Below, one piece after another: positions 34,766 to 46,774 of a stretch of DNA of 64,000 nt (positions are counted from its first letter, which is position 1; each line of letters starts with the position of its first letter). The notes beneath the pieces are model-generated. The model did no database searches and was not told where the DNA came from. It saw nothing but the letters and a program-made list of their open reading frames with translations. The DNA is taken from the NCBI GenBank assembly GCA_032718475.1, contig JAUCBJ010008725.1, positions 1 through 64,000 of the forward strand, given 5' to 3'. The DNA comes from Nemertoderma westbladi. Its lineage: Eukaryota > Animalia > Xenacoelomorpha. Both the position numbers and the translations under genes were made by a program.

Positions 34766-37008
34766 TCTAGTTTTTAAAATCTATTTACGTATGTCAGTAT
34801 GTACATTGACAAAGTGAAACAAAATAGAGTAAATAAGATAAATTTCATTCAGAAAGACAACTGTAGACTTAAAGTGCTAAGTGCTGTTATGTGCTGTTCA
34901 ATAGAAACAATACGCTACCCATTCTGCCATTGTCCTGCAGTGTACTGTACGTACAGTAGTATAGCAGTATAGTGCTGATGGAAAGACAAAATTGGACCTA
35001 AAGTCCAAAATTGGACGTGCAAAACTTTAAATGTCGGTTATCTTTGTGGTGCACCGTGAAATTTTCTCGTGCACGGTTAAAACTCTTATTTTGTAGTAAA
35101 GAACATGTAGGTTAAATTTCAGATCCCGTCTGAAAAAATTGTAGGCCGTGGAAAATTCACTGTAATTCATATCAAAATTAAATCCGATATTGGAATGGAA
35201 GTCCAATTTTGACTTAGCAAGTTCCAAAATTGGATCAAGTCCAAAATCGCCTATATCACCGACTGAATATGCACGAAATATAATACTTTATTAAAAAATT
35301 AACTCCGGCAATATTTTTACCGGAGCCGGAGCAGGAGCCGGAGGTGCCAAAATGGCCGGAGCCGGAGCTCCGATCGAGCCCTAGTGGACAGCTGTCAGGC
35401 TGTAGTCATGCGGCATGCTGCGCTGCAGGCCCATATAGCCTTACTGCCTTATGGATGGACGGACCCCTGCACCTTTATAGTGTTACAGCTGTCATCCTAC
35501 ATAGCATCTCAGCAAACAAGGTCCAATTTTGGAATGTATGAATAAATTTCTGCAAAAGCATGGTAGGAATAATGAATTACCGGTAGGCACAAAAAACATA
35601 TATTTATTGAGAAATGATAGAATTTATGATGGAAATATCCTACGGTAGTTTGAAATATATTTTTTTTTCATTTAGAAACGTCCAATTTTGGAGTGTTTTC
35701 CAGTCAGCCAGTATTCCGATTTTGGAATCTACCCTCGCACAAAGTTCCAAAATTGGAATAAATCCAAAATCGCCTATATCATTAGCCCACCACCGACTGA
35801 ATGTAAAAATTTGACAAAAAATCAGTTTTTAGGTAGGGCCTACCGTACTAAAAGGAAGGGGGAATATCGGCTAAGGTACTTGTATTTGTGGGTCCATCTA
35901 ACATTGTTTCGTAATCCTTTATTATTGTAATAGGCCTACCGGCAGACGGCTACTAGTACATGTATTACATAGGCTGATAGGCCTGACAGACAGACAGAGT
36001 GACAGTCCACTATGCAAATGCAAATTACCGGTCACCGGTACCGGTACCAATCTGCCAATATTACTGAGTGTAATAATTATTTATTACATGAGAAAAAATT
36101 CGAACTTTTTTTCACTCTTCTCGAGGCATTTTCATGATTTTATTTACCGTGCGTCACCGAGGTTAATAAAGGGTAGAGATAATATTTTAAAAAATGTTCT
36201 ACACGTTTTTTTCCCATGTATACGTATTTTTATTCTTAAATTATTGGTACTTTTGTGTTGATGAATTCTTTAATAAAAAATTGAGCGATATAGCAGTTAG
36301 CAGTATAGTGCAGTTGCACTAGTATTGCAAAATTAATTGAAATGTAGTATTTTACTATATTGCTTCCATATAGTAGTTACTCTGTTACTGCAATTCAAAT
36401 TACTGCACTCTTCAACTCCCTGAATCCTGACTACCTGACAGCCTGATCGCTGATGGTTCCTTATCCTTACTCAATGTTAAATCAGTAAATTATTTAGAAC
36501 TAAAGATATAAGAACTAAAGAACGTAACTAAGGATATCACTAAAGATAAACCAACTGACCAATATCGGATTGAGTCCTACTAACAGCCTAACCATATGTC
36601 ATTATCTAACAAATTTAGCGGTATTTCCGGCATTATTGCTATGAGCTAGATAGGGCGTTATTGGCCAATAAATTTTGTTTAAATATTTAATTGCGTCGGT
36701 GCTACAAAGATTTATTTAATTAATCTTATACCTGTTATATACCGGTAGTAGGTCTTCTATTGGTAATCTGCTATTTTGCTGTTTTGATTGGAAGTCGGAA
36801 CTAATTTGTACGATTGTGTCACCACGGTCTGAAGGTACGTTGATACTCCACAACCACACCCGATAATATACCGTTCGGTTTTGCTTATGCCATTCAGCCA
36901 TTAGACTATCAGCTACCGATATATACTGATATACCGATACTTCAGCAATAATATCACAATTTTATAGATTCTGTTAATTAGCGCACTATTTAACTTTCTG
37001 CGATTTCC

Positions 37009-39622
37009 ATGGCTGATGATGGTATGGACGATATTCGGGTTGATTCGCAGAAATTAGCTCTACTAGAAGCCCGTATGAATCGCACCCCCTATCCCGTCTC
37101 TTCCGTTATTACTCAACATCAGCAACAATTCCTACAATTAGGCGTATCTACTACACCACTGGCTGTGGCATCATCACTCATTGGTGAGTCATCAGGTGTT
37201 GCAAATGTGAACCAGTTCTACGCCGCCTCGCTGTCGTCGGTAACTTCGGAATGTTCTATCCGTGTGGCACCGACGGCCCAGGTGCCACCCATCTACACGG
37301 TCGCGCCACCAGCGGTGGCTCACGTGCCGCTGGGGAGCTCTGCTCCAGAGCTCCAGCACACCCCGTTAGCCGCAGCCTGCCAGTCTGGGGAAAGTGTCTC
37401 GGCAGTGGTACCTCTAGCCCCACATCAAGTATCCTCTGCGCCACCGGTGGCTCTCCTTCCGGTTGCGTTGGCTCCCTCGCAGCCCCATTCTGCCGCCCTT
37501 GTAGACGACGCCAGTCGAGATAGCCGAGCGAGTCAGGGTTCAACCAACTCAGAGTCCAAGGAAGAACTCCCAACCCCGGATAAAACCAAGGGAACATCCT
37601 CGTTAGAACGGCGACGGAAGCGTAAGTTGGATTCCTCGTTCACTGGACTCAGTGGTGACGCGGCTAAAAAGGAGGGATCCAAGAAAATACACGATTATTT
37701 TAAGACGACGCCGCCTTACGGAGTCGGTTTGGTGGCTGGCCAGGACGATTTGTACCCGGCAGCGCCCCTTCCGCTGCCTGTTAACGGTTCTTCCGAAACC
37801 GGGGCTGTCGATGTCAGGCCACTCCTCCATTGTGCGATGGTTCCTCCCATAGACTCCTCCCCTGTTGCAGGAGGCTCCTCTCTACTCCACGGAGGCGCCC
37901 CTATCCTCCCTGGAGGCGCCCCTATCCTCTCTGGAGGCGCTCCTGTCCTCCCCGGAGTCGTCCTCTACTCCCGGAGGCGCCACTCTCCTCCCTGCGGGGA
38001 TTGTCTCCTCAGTTGCGACGCAAACCGACGTGGAATGGGAGGCTCTTCAGCAAGCGTCCCGCTCCGAGGACGAGGAGAAGAACAAGGCGATGGCCCAGCT
38101 GTACCGGGACAACGAACTCTATAAGCTAAACACCCTGACTCTGGAAACGAAACTAGACAAACTCGAGGGGGTCTTCAGCCGTTCCAAGGAGGTCATTAAA
38201 CAGTTGCTTGTGGACAAATCTGAGGCAGAAAGTCGGCTAGCGCGGCAGAAACTCATGGAGAACAATCTGCGATACGGGCAGATGGTAACGCAACGACAGG
38301 GAACCCGGTTCGATGAAGTGTTCCAGGAGGGGTACCTGTTCAAGGAGATCGCCTTGAAACGGGATCGCCTCATACAGGATCGGGAGGAGGTGGACAAGCA
38401 TCGGAAGATACTCGCACGGAGGAAACCCGGCTCCGCCCCCGGGAAGGCCGCCAACGACGTGAAGATTTTAACCGCGGAGGAATTCCACGAACAAGACGAG
38501 ATCCTCAAGTTGCGTCAGGTTATCCTTAAGAAGGAGTTGGAGGAGGCCGTCCAGGAGTACGATAAGTTGGAGCGGGAGCGGAATCTACATCTTAGGGAGT
38601 CGAAGCGCATTCATCATGAAAACGTTTCTCGGTTCCACAACCATCCGGTCCTCAACTCCCGCTACCTTCTCCTCCACCTTCTAGGGAAGGGCGGATTCTC
38701 CGAGGTTCATAAGGCCTTCGATCTTTTGGAACAACGGAATGTCGCCTGTAAGATACATCAGATAAACCGCGAGTGGAAAGAAGATAAGAAATCCAACTTT
38801 ATTAAACACGCAGTTCGGGAGTATAAGATACATAAAGGGTTGGATCATCCTCGAATCGTTAAACTCCACGATGTGTTTGAGATTGATAACGATTCGTTCT
38901 GCACAGTGCTCGAATACCTGGATGGTAACGACCTGGAGTTTTACCTGAAGCAGCACAAGTTTATGAGCGAGAAAGAGGCTCGTTGTATCCTGGTGCAGGT
39001 GGTCAACTCATTGAGGTACTTGAACCAGAGTTGTCCCGAGGGATCCATCATCCATTACGATTTGAAGCCGGGAAACATATTATTGGGTTCAGCGAGTCGA
39101 TGCGGCGAGATAAAGATAACCGACTTCGGTTTGTCTAAGATCATGGCGAATTCTGACTGCGACGGGACCGAGTTGACCTCGCAGGGCGCCGGTACCTACT
39201 GGTACTTACCGCCCGAGTGCTTCGAGGTGACGCCCCCCGGGCACCCCCCGCCCAGGATATCCTCCAAGGTCGATGTTTGGAGCGTCGGGGTTATATTCTA
39301 TCAGTGTCTCTACGGTCGCAAGCCCTTCGGCCATAACCTCCCGCAAAGTGTAATTCTAGAACAGCAAGTAATACTGAACAATGCTAAGGAACTGACTTTC
39401 CCCACAAAGCCGTCCGTTTCTCAGGAAGCTAAGAACTTTATGAGACGTTGTTTGATTTACGATAAAGTCTTACGGCCTGATGTGCTAACCATTGCCGAGG
39501 ACGATTATCTTAAGAGCTTTAAAAAGTCTTCAACAGAGAAAAATAAAGAAGGTCTCTATACATCGGTAAATAATGCCACTCCCCCTACCCCCAGTACGTT
39601 GTCCAACCCAACCAATCTATGA
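37009..39622 (+). CDS. TLK: Tousled-like Ser/Thr kinase; reading frame broken at about 37954-37973
   Basis: ORF 37009-38124 has the TLK N-terminal motifs (LLEAR, RRRKRK, KKIHDYF). ORF 37865-39622 has the coiled coils and kinase domain (LLGKGGFSEV, VACKIH, HYDLKPGNIL, ITDFGLSK, SQGAGTYWYLPPECF). Confidence 0.9.
37870..37993 (+). repeat. 21-bp coding minisatellite (GGAPILP-like) with one 19-bp unit
   Basis: Units start at 37870, 37891, 37912, 37933, 37954 and 37973; the fifth unit is 19 bp. Confidence 0.85.
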
Positions 39623-40753
39623 CCATACGCTGAGAAACGACCTGACCAGTAAATATTAGTGTCAATTTTTGTCTATTATATTGACTACAACTTATAACCA
39701 AAAAGAAATAGTGAAATACAATCAGATTATCTTTGATTTATTTTTTATTCTATTGCAGTTCTCTTTTGTCTATTTTTTAGACATAAAGAAAAACATAGCG
39801 GTACACGAAGTTTTTGTCACTGTTTATGCTGTATGTGCGTTCAGACAGGTTTAGGGGCATCTCAATATCTCAAAATTATAAACTTTTTGTTACCGATTCG
39901 GTTATCGCCAGATCGGGAGTTGTTGTTACAATCCGACCCGATAGGGTTAAGGTGTATGTCGGATGGGGTTGTTTCGGTCCTCAATTATTGACAGTAATTT
40001 ATTTTTACTTAATTTAAAATAAGACATTTTCCGTTATCTTTAATTCAAATTCAGATCTGGATTTCATTCCTAACATTTTATAACATGTGTTACAGCTGAC
40101 GCACACAAATACTATATTTATTGCTCCCCTTACCGGTACATGTCAATAAATATACAATTTAAACTAAAATCAAAATATAAATTTGCAATACCTCTTTCTC
40201 ATCTTATCTTTTTGGTTTTGGACTTCTCATTGTTATGTGCTCACCGATATACTAAGTATCGTATTCGTACACGATATTCTAACTAGTAGCTATATATATA
40301 TTATGTAATAATACCGAATAGACAACGTTAGGACAACGACAAAAGGTTGCTATTGTATATAATATCTCACGTATATAATAATTGCAGATACAACAAAAAT
40401 ATTATAATAAAAAATATCCTGACCGGTTATTAATCGGTCTAAAATATAATCTTTATAGATGGGGGGGGGGGGGGGGTGGGGGGGCATTTGTGACGCGGAC
40501 TTTTGTCCAGAATCTCACCTGTGGAAAATCCACGCCATCAACAGCTGTGTGCTACACCCGAAAACTGACCCCGTTAATTATTAAATTATTGTGCTATTTG
40601 CGTCTATAGCTACCCCCACCCCCCTCTCCATCTGTCACAATAATTGTTCATTTAATTTTAATACCGTGTAGTTTATTGATGTTTAACTAAATATAACTTA
40701 TTTTATAAGTACCATCACATGGCCCATGAGTGAAAGTGACCTATATATATATA

Positions 40754-41548
40754 CACCATGTCCTGGCATATAGAGTCGTTATTCAGGTACTACATGCCCC
40801 CCCCCCCCCCCCCCCCCCCTCCCTCCCTCCAAAAAAATTCTCCAAATCTTAATGAGATTGCTTGGAAATTGTAACTTCGATAGTTTCGATAGATCCATAG
40901 CTTCATTTCCGCCGATATTGCACCAGTTACGCCGCAGTTATTCTTCAACCTTATATTGATTTGTTGGTACTGTTTAGAAAGCTGGCCGGCCATGCATGGA
41001 TTCAAAATATGTTACACAATCTGAATTTCATCGTAAAATAAATGAGATATGGATGTTCAAAAGTTGCTAGCCTTTGCACCTGTGCGAGTCTATTTTATTC
41101 TATTAAATAAATATACCATTTTCTAGAACATTTTGTTTATTCCATACGTAGCTGGGCAACAATGCAATACCTCTTTAATCATACTATTACGTAGCTACTC
41201 ATACATTAACAAAATGTTCCAGAATACGATGTATTTATAGGAATTTCAGATTCAGAAATTCAGATTGTGTTACATATTTCGAATCCTTGCGCGGTCAGCT
41301 TTCTAATAGTACAAACTAATTACTATACGGTTGAAGAATAACTTCGGTGGAACAGATGCAATATCGAAGGAGCACTTTTTCCAAACGCTTGTAGCTAAAT
41401 ATTGAAAGCGTAAATAAAAATTCTGGCTCACCCACTAAGGAGGAGGGAAATGAAACGAACTCTGTTTCAAATTTCATGAAATCTCATTAAGATTTGTAGA
41501 AAAATTGGGGGGGGGGGGGGGGGGGTGTGGGGATTTCAGGACATTGTG
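40754..41548. mobile_element. Diverged palindromic MITE
   Basis: Arms are inverted copies: CACCATGTCCTG/CAGGACATTGTG, poly-C/poly-G, AAATCTTAATGAGATT/AATCTCATTAAGATTT and GTTATTCTTCAACC/GGTTGAAGAATAAC. TA at both flanks. Confidence 0.65.
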
Positions 41549-41896
41549 TATGTCGATGTTAGTCCGTACGAGCTCAAGAAACCCGATAAAATAACATTTA
41601 CAAAAAGTGTTGCAATAAAGATGCTCTTTTGGTGTTTACCTGCAATTATTATAATATTTGGATGTAGCGTTATAGTTTGGGTATATGTTGTTAATTGCTG
41701 ATATTCAGTAAGTAAGTAGTTAAGTAGATAACTGTTAAATATAAGAAGCTGCAAGTCGATTAAGCGAATATATAAATTGCAATTATTATTAAAAGTACTA
41801 ATTTTATGCATCATTGTCTTTTACTTCAATTTTCCTTCCATTGGCTAGTAATAGGTTATCGGTTCTAACAGCTGATTACGAGTAATAATTTAACTC

Positions 41897-43245
41897 TTAC
41901 CTGTGCTATTGGTCCCGTTACCTGTGCTATTGGTCCCGTTACCTGTGCTATTGGTCCCGTTACCTGTGCTATTGGTCCCGTTACCTGTGCTATTGGTCCC
42001 GTTACCTTTGCTATTGGTCCCGTTACCTGTGCTATTGGTCCCGTAACCTGTGCTATTGGTCCCGTTACCTGTGCTATTGGTCCCGTTACCTGTGCTATTG
42101 GTTCCGTTACCTGTGCTATTGGTCCCGTTACCTGTGCTATTGGTCCCGTTACCTGTGCTATTGGTCCCGTTACCTGTGCTATTGGTCCCGTTACCTGTGC
42201 TATTGGTCCCGTTACCTGTGCTATTGGTCCCGTTATTGGCCCGTTACCTGTGCTATTGGTCCCGTTACCTGTGCTATTGGTCCCGTTACCTGTGCTATTG
42301 GTCCCGTTACCTGTGTTATTGGTCCCGTTACCTGTGCTATTGGTCCCGTTACCTGTGCTATTGGTCCTGTTACCTGTGCTATTGGTCCCGTTACCTGTGC
42401 TATTGGTCCCGTTACCTGTGCTATTGGTCCCGTTACCTGTGCTATTGGTCCCGTTACCTGTGCTATTGGTCCCGTTACCTGTGCTATTGGTCCCGTTACC
42501 TGTGCTATTGGTCCCGTTACCTGTGCTATTGGTCCTGTTACCTGTGCTATTGGTCCCGTCACCTGTGCTATTGGTCCCGTTACCTGTGCTATTGGTCCCG
42601 TTACCTGTGCTATTGGTCCCGTTACCTGTGCTATTGGTCCCGTTACCTGTGCTATTGGTCCCGTTACCTGTGCTATTGGTCCCGTTACCTGTGCTATTGG
42701 TCCCGTTACCTATGCTATTGGTCCCGTTACCTTTGCTATTGGTCCCGTTACCTGTGCTATTGGTCCCGTTACCTGTGCTATTGGTCCCGTTACCTGTGCT
42801 ATTGGTCCCGTTACCTGTGCTATTGGTCCCGTTATTGGCCCGTTACCTGTGCTATTGGTCCCGTTACCTGTGCTATTGGTCCCGTTACCTGTGCTATTGG
42901 TCCCGTTACCTGTGCTATTGGTCCCGTTACCTGTGCTATTGGTCCCGTTACCTGTGCTATTGGTCCCGTTACCTGTACTATTGGTCCCGTTACCTGTGCT
43001 ATTGGTCCCGTTACCTGTGCTATTTGTCCCGTTACCTGTGCTATTGGTCCCGTTACCTGTGCTATTGGTCCCGTTACCTGTGCTATTGGTCCCGTTACCT
43101 GTGCTATTGGTCCCGTTACCTGTGCTATTGGTCCCGTTATTGGCCCGTTACCTGTGCTATTGGTCCCGTTACCTGTGCTATTGGTCCCGTTACCTGTGCT
43201 ATTGGTCCCGTTACCTGTGCTATTGGTCCCGTTACCTGTGCTATT
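41897..43245. repeat. Highly homogeneous 21-bp minisatellite (TTACCTGTGCTATTGGTCCCG)n
   Basis: About 63 units, with a truncated unit TTATTGGCCCG at about 42233, 42832 and 43137. Confidence 0.98.
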
Positions 43246-43924
43246 AATTGCCGATTGTTGTTTCAGTCAATATTGAGTGAGGCCAGCCCACTTAAAATCG
43301 CAGTCTTATTGAGTTAGATCGTCTTATTGAATGGAGTAGTCTATCCTATTTTTCGACTTGGGGTATGAAATATTTTTCGAAAATGGAAATATTATACAAA
43401 ATAAAAGAGATTTTTAAAGGCTATTAATTCCAAAAAATTAAAGGTTAAACAATCGATTTTATCATTCTTATGCTATAGTTGCTCGATAATTAATTGTTAT
43501 CTACTGCAAACGGCTAATGTATCGATAACTCAGCTGTATATCGTTAAGTAATCATAACACATTGCGCTGGTGCTGTATACAGATGCTCTGGTAGAGTAAG
43601 TTGAAGAAAGTAATGGTGGTCGCCTACCTGTGCCCGGTGAACAACAGACATTGAGCCCTACTCTGTTATATCCTATAGAGCTCGATGCTCACAAGCATTA
43701 TAAAGTATTCTCAAGCGCCGCATAAAGTGACACGACTTATAAAGTTTAACATTATATACCACATATCCATATTGAGTTTATATTTTCGAATAAAGAATAT
43801 TTTTGATCATCCTAATCAATAGTACAATCAATCAATCAGTAGCTACAATGAACGCACTCTTAAAGCCCATACATAGCAAACAGGGTTTCATGGTAGCTCT
43901 GGCAATGGAATATAACATAGACAA

Positions 43925-44370
43925 GGTATCATCTGTATCCAAGAACTTCGGATTTGTCATTAAGTAAGTAAAATGACATTATAAATGGATGGAAGTTTGT
44001 AACAGCAGAAAGAAATTCAGCCAATGCATCAATTAGTGGAGTAAGAATTATGCTAAGCCCATTTGCACTTCAGACCCTAAACCATCTCGAATCTATAAAT
44101 TCCAGGGTTATGATTGCAACATTTGATGGGAATCCCTAGACAACAGTAATAATAATTATGTTGCTACAGTCCAACCAATACATCAGAGCCAAAACAATCA
44201 GTCAAGTTTTATAAAGGTCTGACTGGACTTTTAAAGGTAATTCCGAAAAACAATGTCAAAGTCATTGCTGGTGACCTGAATACGCAAATTGGCCCAGAAG
44301 TCACCAATGGTTACACACCTATATTACCAGATCGAACAGAAATAGGTGCTTACTTTTAGACCTAATAATG
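43925..44370 (+). pseudogene. Degenerate LINE APE endonuclease fragment (RTE-like)
   Basis: Broken frames read ICIQELR, MLSPFA...SRVMIATFDGNP*TTV, CYSPTN and FY...IPKNNVKVIAGDLNTQIG. Confidence 0.7.
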
Positions 44371-45098
44371 GAAGAATGTGATAATAGAAAATGTATTATA
44401 ACTATTTCATGACGAATAATCTTGCACTTACCAGCTTCTTCTTTTGGGGTTACCTAAAATAATATATTATATTCATGAAATTTGTGAGCTGTAACATAGG
44501 GTAAGCCTGCTAATTTATTTTGTGTTTTATTCATCAGATAATACAAGCTGTTGGGGCCTTCGCGCAGCACGTGACGCATCACAGAGCAGAATCCCTTAAC
44601 AATTAGTCACACCACCAATGACGCGCTTTAGCGGATAGTATGAATAACGAAATGGGACATATTCACAAATGTCGCCCTCTGGCGGCAGACAGGAAATTTG
44701 CGATGGCTCGGTCTCGGTGTCATGTTATCATAAAAGACTCAGTCTATGGAGTAGTCATATATTTTTGTGATGACCAACTTCTATTACTCCTGTTGACTGA
44801 CGTTACTCTCATTAATGCTAATATGGTTTATTGAATGTCACATTAGTTACAAAAATATTCCACTTATTATTGTTATACTGTAGGTAGCTTCGATATACAT
44901 TCACTAAAACTAATTCGTATATTCTTATTGATCGCAATGAAAACATATTTAATTTACAGTAGCTTCATTTCGTAGATTAGATGTAGCCCCATTTCAATCT
45001 CAATGATCAATTTATTCGGTATTACTAGTAAACTAAATTTGATATGATGTAATATTTTCTACAATAAGAAAATTGGATTTCATTTCGTAACTGTCATT

Positions 45099-46774
45099 GG
45101 GAATCTTACACTTTACCGTGCCATTATAGCCATATTTTGATATAATAAAATTATCTTAAAATATTTGTTCTAAAACAAAAAATATTTATTCTAGAACAAC
45201 ATTTGAATATTAAATGTATAGATAATATGTTCTAGAACATTAAAAAAAGAAACAAGTGATCATGGTCAAATAAGATTGGACATTTGAGAAGTACCAAAAA
45301 ATCCACTTTTTTCTTTAAACCTCTATAGAAAGAACAATTTTGCATTTTATGATCTGCAATTTTCACGGTTTACTAAGAAAATTGAATTTTACCAATTTCC
45401 AAAAGAAATTTTTGAAAAATGTGGTATAGAAGTGGCTCAATAGGTAAAGTTAGCTCGAACCACTTAATCTTCTCCCAGGCTGTGTCACACTCTGGGAGTG
45501 AAATAAAACTCCTGCATTTGGGCACATTAAAAGCCGTTCATTCTCGTGGCATATAAATGTGATCAACTTTTAAATGAAAATGGGACGTATTTGTGGCTTC
45601 TTTTTGATATAAAAAAATATATAAAACCAAATTGGTATTCTTTATAAAGAATAAAAAATAATAATAATACGTCTAAATGCGCCAAAACATTGTCAAAATT
45701 GTTTTTTAACATATTACAAAAGATAAAAAAAGTATTTTTTCATTAATTGTGACGATTTGGTGGTTTCAATATGAACTTATACTTTCGAAACTTTAGACTA
45801 TAAATTGCAAAAAAACTCGTGGGTAAACAAGAATTATAGAAAAATAGTTCTTTCAACATTTTCCAAAAGATAAAAAACGAATTTTTAAATTAAATGTGAT
45901 GATTTGGTGGTTCAATAGGCAGGTAAGTTTTTGAAGTTTTATATGAAAAATTGAAACGATTTTAATGGGTGCGCTCAAAAGGTTGCAAAATTGTTCTTGT
46001 GTTTATTTTGAAAAAAATAAACAATCTTTTTAATTAAAAGTGACGATCAGGCGGCTTCGATATGTATTTAAACTTTGAAATTTTAGTCTATAAAAAAAAA
46101 TCTCATAAAATGATTTATAAAATGATTTATAAAGAAGTTTAATTAAATTATACGCACACTTACAAATAGAAATGAAAATAACAATATTTTTAATTACGTG
46201 ACCATTGGGCGGTTTTGATAGTATGCAATTATGAAATGTTTATACTGTAGGTTTGAATTCCCCACTTTTGTGAATATTGATTATAAGGATGGCAAATTGA
46301 TGGGTCCATCGCCAAAAGTTTTGTTTTTTTGGGATAAATCACCAATTTCATTGAAATTTAACAAGAATATGAAGGAAGGAGAGCCACAAAGAAGTCACTG
46401 TCCGAGGGAATGAGTCATACAGTAGTTAAACATATACTGTAGTTCAACAAATTATTATTGAGCGCCCAGTTAAATTGTACTGTATAATGTTTGTAAACTT
46501 TGAAAAAAGGAAGAAAATTATAAATTATTATGTAAGAAAATGAAGTAGGGCCTAACGTCGAAACAAAGTAACTGTATGTTGCATGTTATACATATGTTGC
46601 ATATATTATGGTATCACTTGCGTAAATATATATTATATAATTATAACAATTATATTTTTTTGAAATATATTGAATATATAGGTGGCTCGGCAAACTGTAA
46701 GAGAGCTCCTCAGTCCTATTACACTTTACCGTGCCATTATAGCAATAGGTGGCACGGCAAACTGTAAGAGAGCC
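45099..46774. mobile_element. Non-autonomous TIR element with duplicated termini at the right end
   Basis: Left GGGAATCTTACACTTTACCGTGCCA versus right TGGCACGGCAAACTGTAAGAGAGCCC; 8-bp TSD CTGTCATT at 45091-45098 and 46775-46782. Confidence 0.8.

Larger units (their letters stand above)
32919..35265 (+). mobile_element. TIR element of the CAGTCGGTG family (copy A, uninterrupted, non-autonomous)
   Basis: About 46-bp TIR CAGTCGGTGATATAGGCGATTTTGGACTT(A/G)(T/A)TCCAATTTTGGAACTT; flanked by AATAT at 32914-32918 and 35266-35270. Confidence 0.9.
23076..35383. mobile_element. hAT-like non-autonomous element (outer) hosting nested insertions
   Basis: TIR TAGGGCTCGATCGGAG...CTCCGATCGAGCCCTA; 8-bp TSD GTGGACAG at 23068-23075 and 35384-35391; subterminal GCCGGA repeats. 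Confidence 0.9.
9572..35799 (-). mobile_element. TIR element of the CAGTCGGTG family (copy B), expanded to 26 kb by nested insertions
   Basis: Ends CAGTCGG (9572) and CCGACTG (35799) are flanked by AATGT at 9567-9571 and 35800-35804. Pieces 9572-9905, ~22190-23075 and 35392-35799 are, in order, the reverse complement of copy A (32919-35265). Confidence 0.85.

Noticed and set aside
37009-38124. Separate 371-aa gene overlapping the kinase ORF
   Set aside because: It carries TLK N-terminal motifs, so it is the first half of the same gene.
40754-41548. Transib/RAG-like element suggested by CAC(A/C)ATG ends
   Set aside because: No 5-bp TSD and no nonamer-like motif were found; kept only as a generic MITE.
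42050-43317. ORFs (LLVPLPV)n, (YLCYWSR)n and (GPVTCAI)n
   Set aside because: These are translations of the 21-bp minisatellite, and the frame switches at truncated units.
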